Notes: generated by a model from the letters alone, not told the origin. Counted from the first letter of the stretch, positions 22,674 to 32,192 are shown. The stretch: DNA of 64,000 bases from Cenarchaeum sp. (GCA_965242695.1 CBDESU010000001.1:576001-640000), one strand, 5' to 3'. Numbers and translations are program-made.

Positions 22674-23225
22674 GCCGGCGGCCGCGGCGAACCGGCCGGC
22701 GCGGAGACGGCCGCCGGGGCGCCCGTGTGCGCGGCCATGCGGCGCGCCCTGGGGCATCGCGCGGCGCGCCTCGGCGCGGCTCGGGGGCCGTCCTGCCGGA
22801 GAGGCGGCCGGGGCGGCGCGCCAGGCGCCGTCGTCGGGAATGGAGGGCGGGCGCTCCCGGCCGAGTCAAAGTACGGGCGCGCGCGTGAAAGGGTCGGACC
22901 TGCGGGGAACCCGGGGGCCTGCCGGCCGGCTCGGGGCGGGCATGGGCATCGCCGTGCCCGGCGGGGGCGCGGGCGGGGCCGGAGGAGGGACCGCCATGAT
23001 CCCGCCGCGCCTGTACCTGCCGATGGGGAGGGGAAGGAGGAGGGGAGCGCGGCGCCCGCCCGCGGATCGGCGCAGGATGCCGCCGTGCCGCGCGGATGGC
23101 GCGGCGCCGCCCCAGCGCCGGCCTTTCCGGCCCGGCGGCGCCCCCCCCGGCGCCCCGCCCGCCAGCCTGCCGCTCCTCCCGCCTTTCCCAAAGGCCAAAA
23201 TAGGTTTGGCGGCGCCGGCCCGCGC

Positions 23226-24482
23226 ATGCAGAGGCCGACGTACGAGGATGTAGTGCGCGCCTCCGAGGCGCGGCGCCGGGGCGACGGCGGGGCGGACGAC
23301 ATCCGCCGCACCGACCTCGTGCACTCGCCCATGTTCAGCCGCATGACCGGCTCGGACGTGTACCTAAAGGCCGAGTACCGGCAAAAGACCGGCTCGTTCA
23401 AGATACGCGGCGCCTACTACAAGGTGCGCTCGCTCTCCGAGGCCGAGCGGCGCAACGGCGTCGTGGCCGCCTCGGCCGGCAACCACGCGCAGGGCGTCGC
23501 GTACGCGGCCTCGGCCGAGGGCATACCCTGCACGATAGTGATGCCGCAGTCGGCCTCGCCGGCAAAGGTGGCCGCCACGCGCGGGTACGGCGCGACCGTG
23601 GTCCTGCACGGCGCAAGCTACGAGGAGTCGTGGGCCAGGGCCCGCGAGATATCCGGGCGGACGGGCGCGACCATCGTCCACGCCTTCGACGACCCGCACG
23701 TTATAGCCGCCCAGGGGGTCGTCGGGCTGGAGATACTCGAGGACCTGCCCGACGTCGACGAGGTGTACGTGCCGATCGGCGGGGGCGGCCTGGCCGCCGG
23801 GGTGCTGATCGCGATAAAGGCGCGGCGCCCCGGCGTGCGGGTCGTCGGGGTCCAGTCCAGCTCGTTCCCGTCGATGAGGCGATCGCTCGACGCGGGCAGG
23901 CCTGTGCCGCTCGCCGCGGGCGGCGGCGGGGGCGGGCAGGCCCCGGCCAGGACCATAGCCGACGGCATATCCGTAAAGGCGCCCGGCGAGCTCACGTTCT
24001 CCATAATACGCGACATGATCGACGACATCGTGCTCGTCGACGACTCGGAGATCATAGAGGCCATGTTCCTGCTCATGGAGAGGATGAAGGCGGTGGTGGA
24101 GCCTGCCGGCGCCGTCGGGCTGGCGCACCTTCTCGCCGCAAGGCCCTCGCCGGGAAAGAAGGTGGCCGTCGTCCTGGCAGGCGGCAACGTCGACATGTAC
24201 CTGCTCGGGCAGATCGTCGACAAGGGGCTTGCGCGGATGGGGCGACTCCTAAAGGTCTTCATACTGCTGCCCGACCGGCCTGGCGCGCTCAAGGAGGTCG
24301 TCGACGAGATCACGTCGGCGCGCGCAAACATAGTGGAAGTGGTCCACGACCGGTTCAGCCGCGACATCGACGCGGGCTCGGCCGGGGTGACGCTCAGCCT
24401 AGAGACGGACGGGCGGGACAACGCCGAGGATCTTGTGCGCCGCCTCGAGGCGAGGGGAATACGGTTCCGGGTGATGACCTGA
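23226..24482 (+). CDS. ilvA: Threonine ammonia-lyase (threonine dehydratase) with C-terminal ACT domain
   Basis: KAEYRQKTGSFKIRGA (PLP lysine), ASAGNHAQGVA, PIGGGGL, GGNVD, and an ACT motif LPDRPGAL. Confidence 0.93.
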   Translation: MQRPTYEDVVRASEARRRGDGGADDIRRTDLVHSPMFSRMTGSDVYLKAEYRQKTGSFKIRGAYYKVRSLSEAERRNGVVAASAGNHAQGVAYAASAEGIPCTIVMPQSASPAKVAATRGYGATVVLHGASYEESWARAREISGRTGATIVHAFDDPHVIAAQGVVGLEILEDLPDVDEVYVPIGGGGLAAGVLIAIKARRPGVRVVGVQSSSFPSMRRSLDAGRPVPLAAGGGGGGQAPARTIADGISVKAPGELTFSIIRDMIDDIVLVDDSEIIEAMFLLMERMKAVVEPAGAVGLAHLLAARPSPGKKVAVVLAGGNVDMYLLGQIVDKGLARMGRLLKVFILLPDRPGALKEVVDEITSARANIVEVVHDRFSRDIDAGSAGVTLSLETDGRDNAEDLVRRLEARGIRFRVMT

Positions 24483-24651
24483 CGACTGCGGCCGCTCCGG
24501 CCTCCGCCTCCGCCTCCGCCTCCGCCTCGGCCGCGGGCTGCGGCGCCGCCCGCGCCCGCTCCGCGCCGCCCGCCGGCGCGCATGCGGCCGATCCCGGCCG
24601 GGCATTACGCCAGCCCGAAACGGTAATAGCGCGGGCCGATTGCCCGCGGGC

Positions 24652-25251
24652 ATGGCGGAAGGCAGAACCGCACTGGACGCGGACAACGCCGTGCAGGCGT
24701 CGATCCTGCTGTTCGCCGCGGACGGCGGCGAGCCGGCCGCAGGCCCGACCCAGATGCGGATGATGGTCTTTCTCCTGCTCAAAAAGGTCGGACCGGTTGC
24801 CGGCAGGGGGCTGGGGGGCACGGACGCGCACGCGCGCTGCGACAGCGGCGACGTCGATGCCGAGCTGCGGCGCCTCTCCGATGCGGGCGCCATCCGCTGC
24901 GGCCGCTTGGGGATCGAGGCCACCGGGGCGGGAAGGGATGCCGCCGATGCGCTAGCGGAGCGGCTCGGCAAGCGCGCCGCGACCATACTGCGCAACGCCA
25001 AGGAATTCTACAACAGCATGACCGACGACGAGGCGCTCGTATATGCCCGCGCGGCGTACCCCGGTGCGGCAGGGGGGGATGCCGGGCGCATTCAAAAAGG
25101 ACGAGCAAAAGACGGTGGAGGATGTCCTGATCGGCCTCACGGGAAGGGGGGGGGGGTGATCAGCTCGTCGCATGCCGCCCGGTTCCTGCGCCGAGACCTG
25201 CTGGATGTCATGCGTATGATGAGCGCGGCCGCCATACCGGTGTTCCAGTAG
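24652..25251 (+). CDS. Putative antitoxin (Panacea/YwgA-like winged-helix N-domain plus UPF0175-like C-terminal HTH), paralog 1
   Basis: ILL..A..EP..G.T...MVFLL at the N-terminus and G.ISS.HAA.LL....VM.M.SAAGIP at the C-terminus. The segment between G7 (25072) and G11 (25146) is out of frame relative to the paralogs. Confidence 0.65.
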   Translation: MAEGRTALDADNAVQASILLFAADGGEPAAGPTQMRMMVFLLLKKVGPVAGRGLGGTDAHARCDSGDVDAELRRLSDAGAIRCGRLGIEATGAGRDAADALAERLGKRAATILRNAKEFYNSMTDDEALVYARAAYPGAAGGDAGRIQKGRAKDGGGCPDRPHGKGGGVISSSHAARFLRRDLLDVMRMMSAAAIPVFQ

Positions 25252-25352
25252 GCGCGGCGCGGTGGGCGGCAACGGCATGCCGCCCGCTCCTCCACTGATC
25301 GTCCAAATGCGTGCGGGCCTCGCTCTTGGTGCCGCATCGCGCCGGATCAAAA

Positions 25353-25379
25353 TGGTTATATGTATAACCAAACTGGTTG
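25353..25379 (+). promoter_or_regulatory. Palindromic operator-like sequence overlapping the TATA box
   Basis: TGGTTATA-TG-TATAACCA inverted repeat ends 13 nt upstream of ATG 25384. Conserved at 28263-28289. Confidence 0.55.
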
Positions 25380-25383
25380 CGGC

Positions 25384-25974
25384 ATGGCGAAAAGCGAAGC
25401 CGTCCTGGACGTGGACGGCGCCGTGCAGGCGTCGATCCTCCTGCTCGCCGCGGACGGCGCCGAGCCGGTCGCAGGCCCGACCCAGATGCGGATGATGGTC
25501 TTTCTCCTGCTCAAAAAGGTCGGACCGGTTGCCGGCAAGGGGCTGGGGGGCACGGACGCGCACGCGCGCTGCGACAGCGGCGACGTCGACGCAGAGCTGC
25601 GGCGCCTCTCCGATGCGGGCGCCATCCGCTGCGGCCGCTCGGGGATCGAGGCCACCGGGGCGGGCCGCAAGGCCGCCGCCGCGCTCTCGGAGGGGCTCGA
25701 CGAGCGCGCCGCGGCCATACTGCGCAACACCAAGTGGTTCTACAACGGCATGACCGACACCGAGGCGCTCGTCTACACCCGCGCGGCGTACCCCGGCGCT
25801 GCGGGGGTGAAGGGCATGCACGAACCCGTTGAGCAAAAGGCGGTCCAAGACATCCTGATCGGACTAGTGGGCAAGGGGGTGATCACCACGGGGCACGTGG
25901 CAGAGTTGCTGGGGCGGGATCGTGCGGATGCCATGCGCATGGTGAGCGCGGCCGGCATACCGGTGTTCAACTAG
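25384..25974 (+). CDS. Putative antitoxin paralog 2
   Basis: Same two-domain architecture. Lies directly upstream of a PIN gene. Confidence 0.7.
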   Translation: MAKSEAVLDVDGAVQASILLLAADGAEPVAGPTQMRMMVFLLLKKVGPVAGKGLGGTDAHARCDSGDVDAELRRLSDAGAIRCGRSGIEATGAGRKAAAALSEGLDERAAAILRNTKWFYNGMTDTEALVYTRAAYPGAAGVKGMHEPVEQKAVQDILIGLVGKGVITTGHVAELLGRDRADAMRMVSAAGIPVFN

Positions 25975-26039
25975 GCGCGGGGGCGGCAGGGCGACGAATC
26001 TTCGGGGATGCCGCCAGGGAAAGCCCGCGCGCGGCCGGC

Positions 26040-26548
26040 GTGCTGGTGTTTGACGCATCGACACCAATCGGAACATCCGACATGCGGCGCCCGGACCTGT
26101 TCGATCGGTTCAGGGATCTGGGTTATGATCTGGCCGTCCCGTCGCATGTGGAGCAGAAGGAACTAGTCGATGCAGATGTCAGGGCAATGATCAGCGGCCT
26201 GCTGGATCGCGGCACCATCCGCATCACTCACTCGAATAGACGCAGGGAAGTGCTTGATCTTGGGTCTGATCTTCAAGGAGTGGGGCTCGGGGAGTGCGAT
26301 GCCATGCTGACATGCTAAAGATGCGGCGGAGGGCCGCTAGGGCACAATGCGTACTGGATGACAAGGCGGCAAGGGCGGCGGCAAGGCGGATTGGAGTTGC
26401 GCATATCGGGCTTACAGGCCTGCTAGGCGAGCCCGCAACCGCCGGCCTGGTGTCGGCGCGGGATATGGCCTGCATAGTGGCGGCGCTGCGCGGAACAAAC
26501 TTCCGCATCGGCGACGACCTGCTCGACGGGCTGGTAGGGGGCGCTTGA
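26040..26548 (+). pseudogene. PIN-domain (DUF3368/VapC-like) toxin, 1-nt frameshift at ~26315
   Basis: VFDASTPI...VPSHVEQKEL...GLGECDAM, then in another frame CVLDDKAARAAARRIGV..GLTGLL...LRGTNFRI. Confidence 0.8.
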
Positions 26549-26829
26549 TGCAAGGGCGGGAACTGCGCCCCGAATCCGCCTTCTGGTAGGGAGCCGCAAG
26601 CCGCCCCGCCTGGCAATGCCGTGCCGCAGGCTGGCGCATGGGCGCAGGCGGCACGCATCGCGGCAGGGATCCTGCAGTGTCCAAATCACGCGAGCCGTGC
26701 ATGTTCACCCGCATGCCCCCTGCAGGGATTCTGCCCCCGCGGCTTGGCGCAGGCGGACCGTGCGCCTGGCGCGCCGGGAATCCGACCCGGCCCAAAACGA
26801 CTATAAGGGCGGGCAGGGCGGCCTAGGCC

Positions 26830-27420
26830 ATGCCTGGAAGCGGGGCCGCCCTGGATGTGGACAACGACGTCCAGGCGTCGATCCTGCTGCTCGCAGCAGA
26901 CGGCGCCGAGCCGGTCGCAGGCCCGACCCAGATGCGGATGATGGTCTTTCTCCTGCTCAAAAAGGTCGGACCGGTTGCCGGCAAGGGGCTGGGGGGCACG
27001 GACGCGCACGCGCGCTGCGACAGCGGCGACGTCGATGCCGAGCTGCGGCGCCTCTCCGATGCGGGCGCCATCCGCTGCGGCCGCTCGGGGATCGAGGCGA
27101 CCGAGGCGGGCCGCAAGGCCGCCGCCGCGCTAGGGGAGCAGCTTGACGAGCGCACCGCGGCCATACTGCGCAACACCAAGTGGTTCTACAATGGCATGAC
27201 CGACGACGAGGCGATCGTCTACACCGGCGCGGCGTACCCCGACGCCGCAGGAGGGCAGGACGAGCGCGGAACGGCCGGGCAGAAGGCTCTCGAAGACGTC
27301 CTGATCGGCCTGATTGGGAAGGAGAAGTTTACCTCTGCGCACGCGGCCCGGCTGCTGCGCCGGAGCAGGGCGGAAGTCATGCGCATGGCGAGCGCGGCCG
27401 GCATACCGGTGTTCAACTAG
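26830..27420 (+). CDS. Putative antitoxin paralog 3
   Basis: Paralog of 25384-25974 with its own TATA-like CTATAA at ~26801. Confidence 0.7.
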   Translation: MPGSGAALDVDNDVQASILLLAADGAEPVAGPTQMRMMVFLLLKKVGPVAGKGLGGTDAHARCDSGDVDAELRRLSDAGAIRCGRSGIEATEAGRKAAAALGEQLDERTAAILRNTKWFYNGMTDDEAIVYTGAAYPDAAGGQDERGTAGQKALEDVLIGLIGKEKFTSAHAARLLRRSRAEVMRMASAAGIPVFN

Positions 27421-27572
27421 GCGTAGCGCGAGGGCGACGGCGGAAGATGGCCACCCCCTGTGCCGCCCGCCCGGCCACTGATCGCACTCCCTCAACGCAC
27501 TCGGGCCGCCCGTCTGGCGCCCGCATCATGTGGATCAAAACAGTTATAGGCATAGGGACACCGGTTGCGGGC

Positions 27573-28163
27573 ATGGCGGAAAGCGAAACCGTCGTAGACG
27601 CGGACAACGCCGTGCAGGCGTCGATCCTGCTGTTTGCCGCCGAGGGCGGCGAGCCTGTCGCGAGCCCGACCAGGATGAGAATGATGGTATTCTACCTGCT
27701 GAAGCACATGGGGCCGATTGCGGGCAGGGGCCTAGGTAGCACGGACGCGCACGCGCGCTACGACAGCGGCGACGTCGACGCCGAGCTGCGGCGCCTCGCC
27801 GGTGCGGGCGCCGTGCGCTGCGGCAGTACGGGGATCGAGGCGACAGAGTCGGGAAGGGCTGCCGTCGATGCGCTAGCGGAGCGGCTCGGCAAGCGCGCCG
27901 CGACCATGCTGCGCAACACCAAGGAGTTCTACAACAGCATGACCGACGACGAGGCACTCGTGTATGCCCGCGCGGCGTACCCCGGCGCGGCAGGGCGGCA
28001 GGATGCGCCCGGAAGTGACGAGCCAAAGGTTGTGGAGGACGTCCTGATCGGCCTGGTGGGGAAAGGGGTGATCAGCTCGTCGCACGCGGCCCGCCTGCTG
28101 CGCAAGGACCTGCTCGACGTCATGCATATGATGAGCGCCGCCGGCATACCGGTGTTCCAGTAG
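27573..28163 (+). CDS. Putative antitoxin paralog 4
   Basis: Paralog. TTATAG at ~27544. Confidence 0.7.
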   Translation: MAESETVVDADNAVQASILLFAAEGGEPVASPTRMRMMVFYLLKHMGPIAGRGLGSTDAHARYDSGDVDAELRRLAGAGAVRCGSTGIEATESGRAAVDALAERLGKRAATMLRNTKEFYNSMTDDEALVYARAAYPGAAGRQDAPGSDEPKVVEDVLIGLVGKGVISSSHAARLLRKDLLDVMHMMSAAGIPVFQ

Positions 28164-28293
28164 GGCGGCGGCGAGCAACCTCCTGTGCCGCCCGCCGCGC
28201 CGCTGATCGCACCAAATGCGCGCAAGCCTCGCACTTGGCGCCCGCACCGCGTCGAACCAAAATGGTTATATGTACAACCAGACTGGTTGCAGC

Positions 28294-28875
28294 ATGGCGA
28301 AAAGCGAGGCCGTCCTGGACGTGGACAACGCCGTGCAGGCGTCGATCCTCCTGTTCGCCGCCGAGGGCGGCAAACCGGTCGCGGGCCCGACCAAGATGCG
28401 AATGATGGTGTTCTACCTGCTGAAGAACGTGGACTCGATTGCCGGCAGGGGACTCGGCGGCACGGACGCACACGTGCGCTGCGACAGCGGCGACGTCGAC
28501 GCCGAGCTGCGGCGCCTCGCCGGTGCGGGCGCCGTGCGCTGCGGCGGCCCGGGGATCGAGGCCACCGAAGCGGGAAGGGTTGCCGCCGATGCGCTCGCAC
28601 AGGGGCTTGACGAGCGCACCGCGACCATACTGGCCAACACCAAGGAGTTCTACAACGACTTGACCGATGACGATGCGCTCGTCTACACCCTTGCCGCGTA
28701 TCCCGACGCTAGGGGCCCAGACGGGAGCGAAAAGGGCGAGGATGCGGAAGATGTCCTGATCGGTTTGGTAAGGAAAGGCAAGATCACCACGGGGCGCATG
28801 GCCGCGCTGCTGCGCTGTGACCGTGCGGACGCCATGCGCATGGCGAGCGCGGCCGGCATACCGGTGTTCCAGTAG
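28294..28875 (+). CDS. Putative antitoxin paralog 5
   Basis: Paralog with palindromic promoter at 28263-28289, upstream of the second PIN gene. Confidence 0.7.
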   Translation: MAKSEAVLDVDNAVQASILLFAAEGGKPVAGPTKMRMMVFYLLKNVDSIAGRGLGGTDAHVRCDSGDVDAELRRLAGAGAVRCGGPGIEATEAGRVAADALAQGLDERTATILANTKEFYNDLTDDDALVYTLAAYPDARGPDGSEKGEDAEDVLIGLVRKGKITTGRMAALLRCDRADAMRMASAAGIPVFQ

Positions 28876-28949
28876 CGCGGCGCGGGGGCGACAGGGCCAC
28901 GAACCCTCCCAAGAGACGACAAAGTAAGCTTGCGCACGGCGCAACGCTG

Positions 28950-29546
28950 GTGTTTGACGCATCAACACCGATTGGAATATCGGACATGCGGCGCCCTGAC
29001 CTGTTCGACCGGATCGTGGCCCTTGGCTATGACCTGGTTATTCCATCGCACGTAGAGCGCGACGAGCTAGTCCGCCCGGAAGTCAGGGCGATGATCGGTG
29101 GCCTGCTGGATCGGGGGGCCATCCGCACCGTGCACATGAACAGGCGGAGAGATGTCCTTGATTTCATGATGAAGTTTCACAAGATCGGGATTGGAGAGAG
29201 TGATGCCATCCTGACGTGCATGAAGATGCACCTCGAGGGGGTGGAGGCGTACTGCGTGCTATAGTCCCGAGCATAAGTTCCTGACCCTTTTATGTGCATC
29301 GATTAGGCGTCGATGCAGCAAAAAGAGGGTCAAGGACATGTGCTCGTGACTATAGACGAGACGGATGCCAGGGCGGCGGCAAAGCGAATTGGCATCGGGT
29401 ATGTCGGACTAGCGGGACTGCTCGGCGAGCTCGCATCCGCCGGACTGGTGTCGGCGCAGGACATGCGCGGCATAGTCGCAGCGCTGCGCGGGACGAATTT
29501 CCGCATCAGCGACGATCTACTCGACGGACTTGTGGGGGGCATCTGA
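28950..29546 (+). pseudogene. PIN-domain (DUF3368/VapC-like) toxin interrupted by a MITE
   Basis: Removing 29262-29354 restores ...EAYCVL-DETDARAAAKRIGI, colinear with 26040-26548. Confidence 0.85.
29262..29352. mobile_element. 91-bp palindromic MITE with TA target-site duplication (IS630/Tc1-mariner type)
   Basis: The whole element is an imperfect inverted repeat (TAGTCCCGAGCA...TGCATCGA-loop-TCGATGCA...TGCTCGTGACTA), flanked by TA at 29260-61 and 29353-54. Empty site is CTAG. Confidence 0.85.
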
Positions 29547-29867
29547 TACGATGGCAGGGGACGTCCAGATTTTCCCGGGTGCGGTACAGCGAATTGCTTC
29601 GCCGGCGCCCTGCGCCGCGCCGTAAGGCAGATGCGGCGGCACAGGGAGGCGCGCTTCACGGCAGTGCACCGGTAGCATGCGGGCTTCAAAAACCATTCCT
29701 CCTCGTCCGCCTCCCGGTTCTGCCCTGCGGCCCGCAGCGTGTGCACCTGGCCTTGGACGGCGAGGCGCCGGCGCCGCTCTCAGCGCGCGCCCGTGGGCCC
29801 AAGGCATCGCGGTCCATGCGCGCGGCATGCCTGCCCGAAACGGTCATAAGGGCGGGCGGGCCGCGGC

Positions 29868-30458
29868 GTGGCAGAAAGCGGAACCGTCCTTGACGTGGGC
29901 AACGCCGTGCAGGCGTCGATCCTCCTGTTCGCCGCCGAGGGCGGCGAGCCGGTCGCGAGCCGGACTAGGATGAGAATGATGGTGTTCTACCTGCTGAAGC
30001 ACATGGGGCCGATTGCGGGCAGGGGCCTTGGCGGCACGGATGCGCACGCGCGCTACGACAGCGGCGACGTCGACGCCGAGCTGCGGCGCCTTTCCGATGC
30101 GGGCGCCGTGCGCTGCGGCCGCCCGGGTATCGAGGCCACCGAAGCGGGAAGGGTTGCCGCCGATGCGCTAGCGGAGCGGCTCGGCAAGCACGCCGCGACC
30201 ATGCTGCGCAACGCCAAGGAATTTTTCAACAGCATGACAGACGGCGAGGCGCTCGTGTATGCCCGCGCGGCGTACCCCGGCGCGGCAGGGAGGCAGGATG
30301 CGCCCGAAGGGGACGAGCCGGAGGTTGTGGAAGACGTTCTGTTCGGCCTGATAGACAGGGGGATAATCAGCACGGGGCATGCCGCTAGGCTGCTGAACCG
30401 GAGCAGGGAGGACGTCATGCGCATGGTGAGCGCGGCCGGCATACCGGTGCTCAACTAG
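29868..30458 (+). CDS. Putative antitoxin paralog 6
   Basis: Paralog with GTG start. Promoter region resembles those of paralogs 1 and 3. Confidence 0.7.
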   Translation: MAESGTVLDVGNAVQASILLFAAEGGEPVASRTRMRMMVFYLLKHMGPIAGRGLGGTDAHARYDSGDVDAELRRLSDAGAVRCGRPGIEATEAGRVAADALAERLGKHAATMLRNAKEFFNSMTDGEALVYARAAYPGAAGRQDAPEGDEPEVVEDVLFGLIDRGIISTGHAARLLNRSREDVMRMVSAAGIPVLN

Positions 30459-30594
30459 GCGCGGCGCGGGGGCGGCAGGGCGACGAATCCTCGGGGATGC
30501 TGCCAAGGGCAGTCCGCGCGCGCCGGCGTGCCCCGGTGCGGCCGGGGGGCGGAAGGGCGCGCACGGCATGGATGGGCAGAGGTCGGCGCAGGCT

Positions 30595-30707
30595 GTCCTG
30601 TTCTGACCGGTAGGAGGGGCAAGATCGCCACGGGACGCGCCGCCAGGCCGCCGCGCCGGGGCCGCGGGGACGCCGTGCGCACGGCGAGCGCCGCCGGCGC
30701 TCTGCCG
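30595..30707 (+). pseudogene. Degenerate remnant of a seventh antitoxin paralog (C-terminal part)
   Basis: LTGRRGKIATGRAARPPRRGRGDAVRTASAAG matches GLVRKGKITTGRMAALLRCDRADAMRMASAAG of paralog 5. Confidence 0.6.
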
Positions 30708-30787
30708 GGCGCCACACGGGGCGGCGATCCTGTCCGGCCCCGCCCGCCCCGCGAACGCTCTAAATACGCGCGGGCCGCACGCCGGCC

Positions 30788-31078
30788 GTGTTCGCCATCG
30801 ACAGGCGCCTGCTCGCCGGCGGCGCGGCCATGATCGCCGCCGGCATCGCCATATCGCTGCACCTGTCGGCCTCGATGCCGGTCGGCACGCCTGGCATGAC
30901 CGAAGAGGCAGCGGCCGAGCTGATACTCGACCAGCGCGCGAACCGCGACATGGGGATGCTCGCGACCCTGCTAGCCGGCGTCGGGTTCCTGCTCGTCCTG
31001 GTCAGCTTTGGGGCGAGGCGCAGGCGCCGGGCGGGGGGCGCCCCGGCGGTGCGCGCGCAGGAGCGGCCGGCCGAGTAG
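30788..31078 (+). CDS. Small two-TM membrane protein
   Basis: Two hydrophobic helices with a basic tail. TATA CTAAATA at ~30760. Confidence 0.7.
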   Translation: MFAIDRRLLAGGAAMIAAGIAISLHLSASMPVGTPGMTEEAAAELILDQRANRDMGMLATLLAGVGFLLVLVSFGARRRRRAGGAPAVRAQERPAE

Positions 31079-31091
31079 CGGGCCCGTTCGA

Positions 31092-32192
31092 CTAGAGCCT
31101 CCTGAGTATCCCAAAGTGCGTGTCGCGCTGCGCGGCCGGCCTGCCGATCTCGCGCGCCATCGAGGCGAGCCCCTCCAGCGACGACTCGGCCGGCTTGCCG
31201 GCGGCCCGGTATATCTCCTCGGAGAATGCGGTGCCGACCAGGTCGTTGCCGCCGGACGCGAGTGCGACCTGGGCGAGCTTTCTGCCGTACGCGACCCAGT
31301 ACACGGATATGTTGTCTAGGGCGCCGGCGAGCATGAGGCGCGAGAGCGCGACGACCCTCAGGTCGTAGAGCGACGAGCACTCGCGCTCGACCATCCCCTT
31401 CTGCTCGAGCTCTGTATTGTCCAGGCTGAACCTGAGCGGAATGAACGTGATGAACCCGCCCGTGCGCTCCTGCAGGGCGCGTATGCGCGCGAGGTGGTCG
31501 ACGACGTGCTCTATCCGTTCTACGTGCCCGTACAGCATCGTCGCGTTGCTGCGTATGCCGAGCGAGTGCGCCTGCTCCATCGTGTCTAGCCACTGCTCGC
31601 CGGTGCACTTGCCGCGCGCGACGGCCGGGCGCACGGACGGGTCGAGTATCTCGGCGCCGCCGCCTGGCATCGAGTCGAGGCCGGCGTCGCGCAGGCGGGC
31701 GAGGACCTCGCGGACGGTGTTCTTTGTGAGCCTGGCGATGAAGAAGACCTCGGCCGCGGTGAACGCCTTTACGTTCATTGCAGGCTGCGAGCGCTTTATG
31801 GCGCGCATCATATTCTCGTAGTAGTCTAGGCCGAGGCGGGGGTGGAACCCGCCGACTATGTGGACCTCGGTCGCCCCCATGCGGCTTGCGGCGGCGACGC
31901 GCGCCTCCATCTGCTCGGGCGTGAGCGTGTACGCATCGTCGTTTCCCTCGCGCCGGTAGAACGCGCACATCTGGCAGCTTGCCGCGCACACGTTCGTGTA
32001 GTTCATGTAGTAGGACGCGGCGAACGTGACGGTCTCGCCGGAGAGCCTCGCGCGGGCCGCATCCGCCGCGGCGGCGAGCTCGTGGAGGCCGGCGTTCTCG
32101 GCGAGCTCCATGCCGTCGGCGCGCGACAGCTTCTCGCCGGCCGCGGTCCTGTCCAGTGTGGCGGATGACTCGCCGCCGAGGCCCTCGAGCAC
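31092..32192 (-). CDS. mqnE: CofH/MqnC/MqnE-family radical SAM enzyme, most like aminofutalosine synthase
   Basis: NYTNVCAASCQMCAFYR (CxxxCxxC), EVHIVGGFHP, KAFTAAEV, SMPGGGAEI, NATMLYGH. GTG start about 25 nt from a TATA-like AATATAT. Family is secure; exact member is less so. Confidence 0.7.
   Translation of the reverse strand: MLEGLGGESSATLDRTAAGEKLSRADGMELAENAGLHELAAAADAARARLSGETVTFAASYYMNYTNVCAASCQMCAFYRREGNDDAYTLTPEQMEARVAAASRMGATEVHIVGGFHPRLGLDYYENMMRAIKRSQPAMNVKAFTAAEVFFIARLTKNTVREVLARLRDAGLDSMPGGGAEILDPSVRPAVARGKCTGEQWLDTMEQAHSLGIRSNATMLYGHVERIEHVVDHLARIRALQERTGGFITFIPLRFSLDNTELEQKGMVERECSSLYDLRVVALSRLMLAGALDNISVYWVAYGRKLAQVALASGGNDLVGTAFSEEIYRAAGKPAESSLEGLASMAREIGRPAAQRDTHFGILRRL

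Noticed and set aside
22665-23225. N-terminal 187-aa extension of IlvA
   Set aside because: Low-complexity GC-rich open frame; homology begins at Met 23226.
24501-24528. CCTCCG hexamer run after ilvA
   Set aside because: Short microsatellite expected in very GC-rich DNA; no evidence of function.
26305-26325. Programmed ribosomal frameshift in the PIN gene
   Set aside because: No slippery heptamer; a single-base deletion or read error explains it, as at ~14091 and ~35365.
29262-29352. Pyrrolysine/readthrough element (in-frame TAG followed by a hairpin)
   Set aside because: A TAA follows four codons later, and the TA duplication plus paralog comparison show an insertion.
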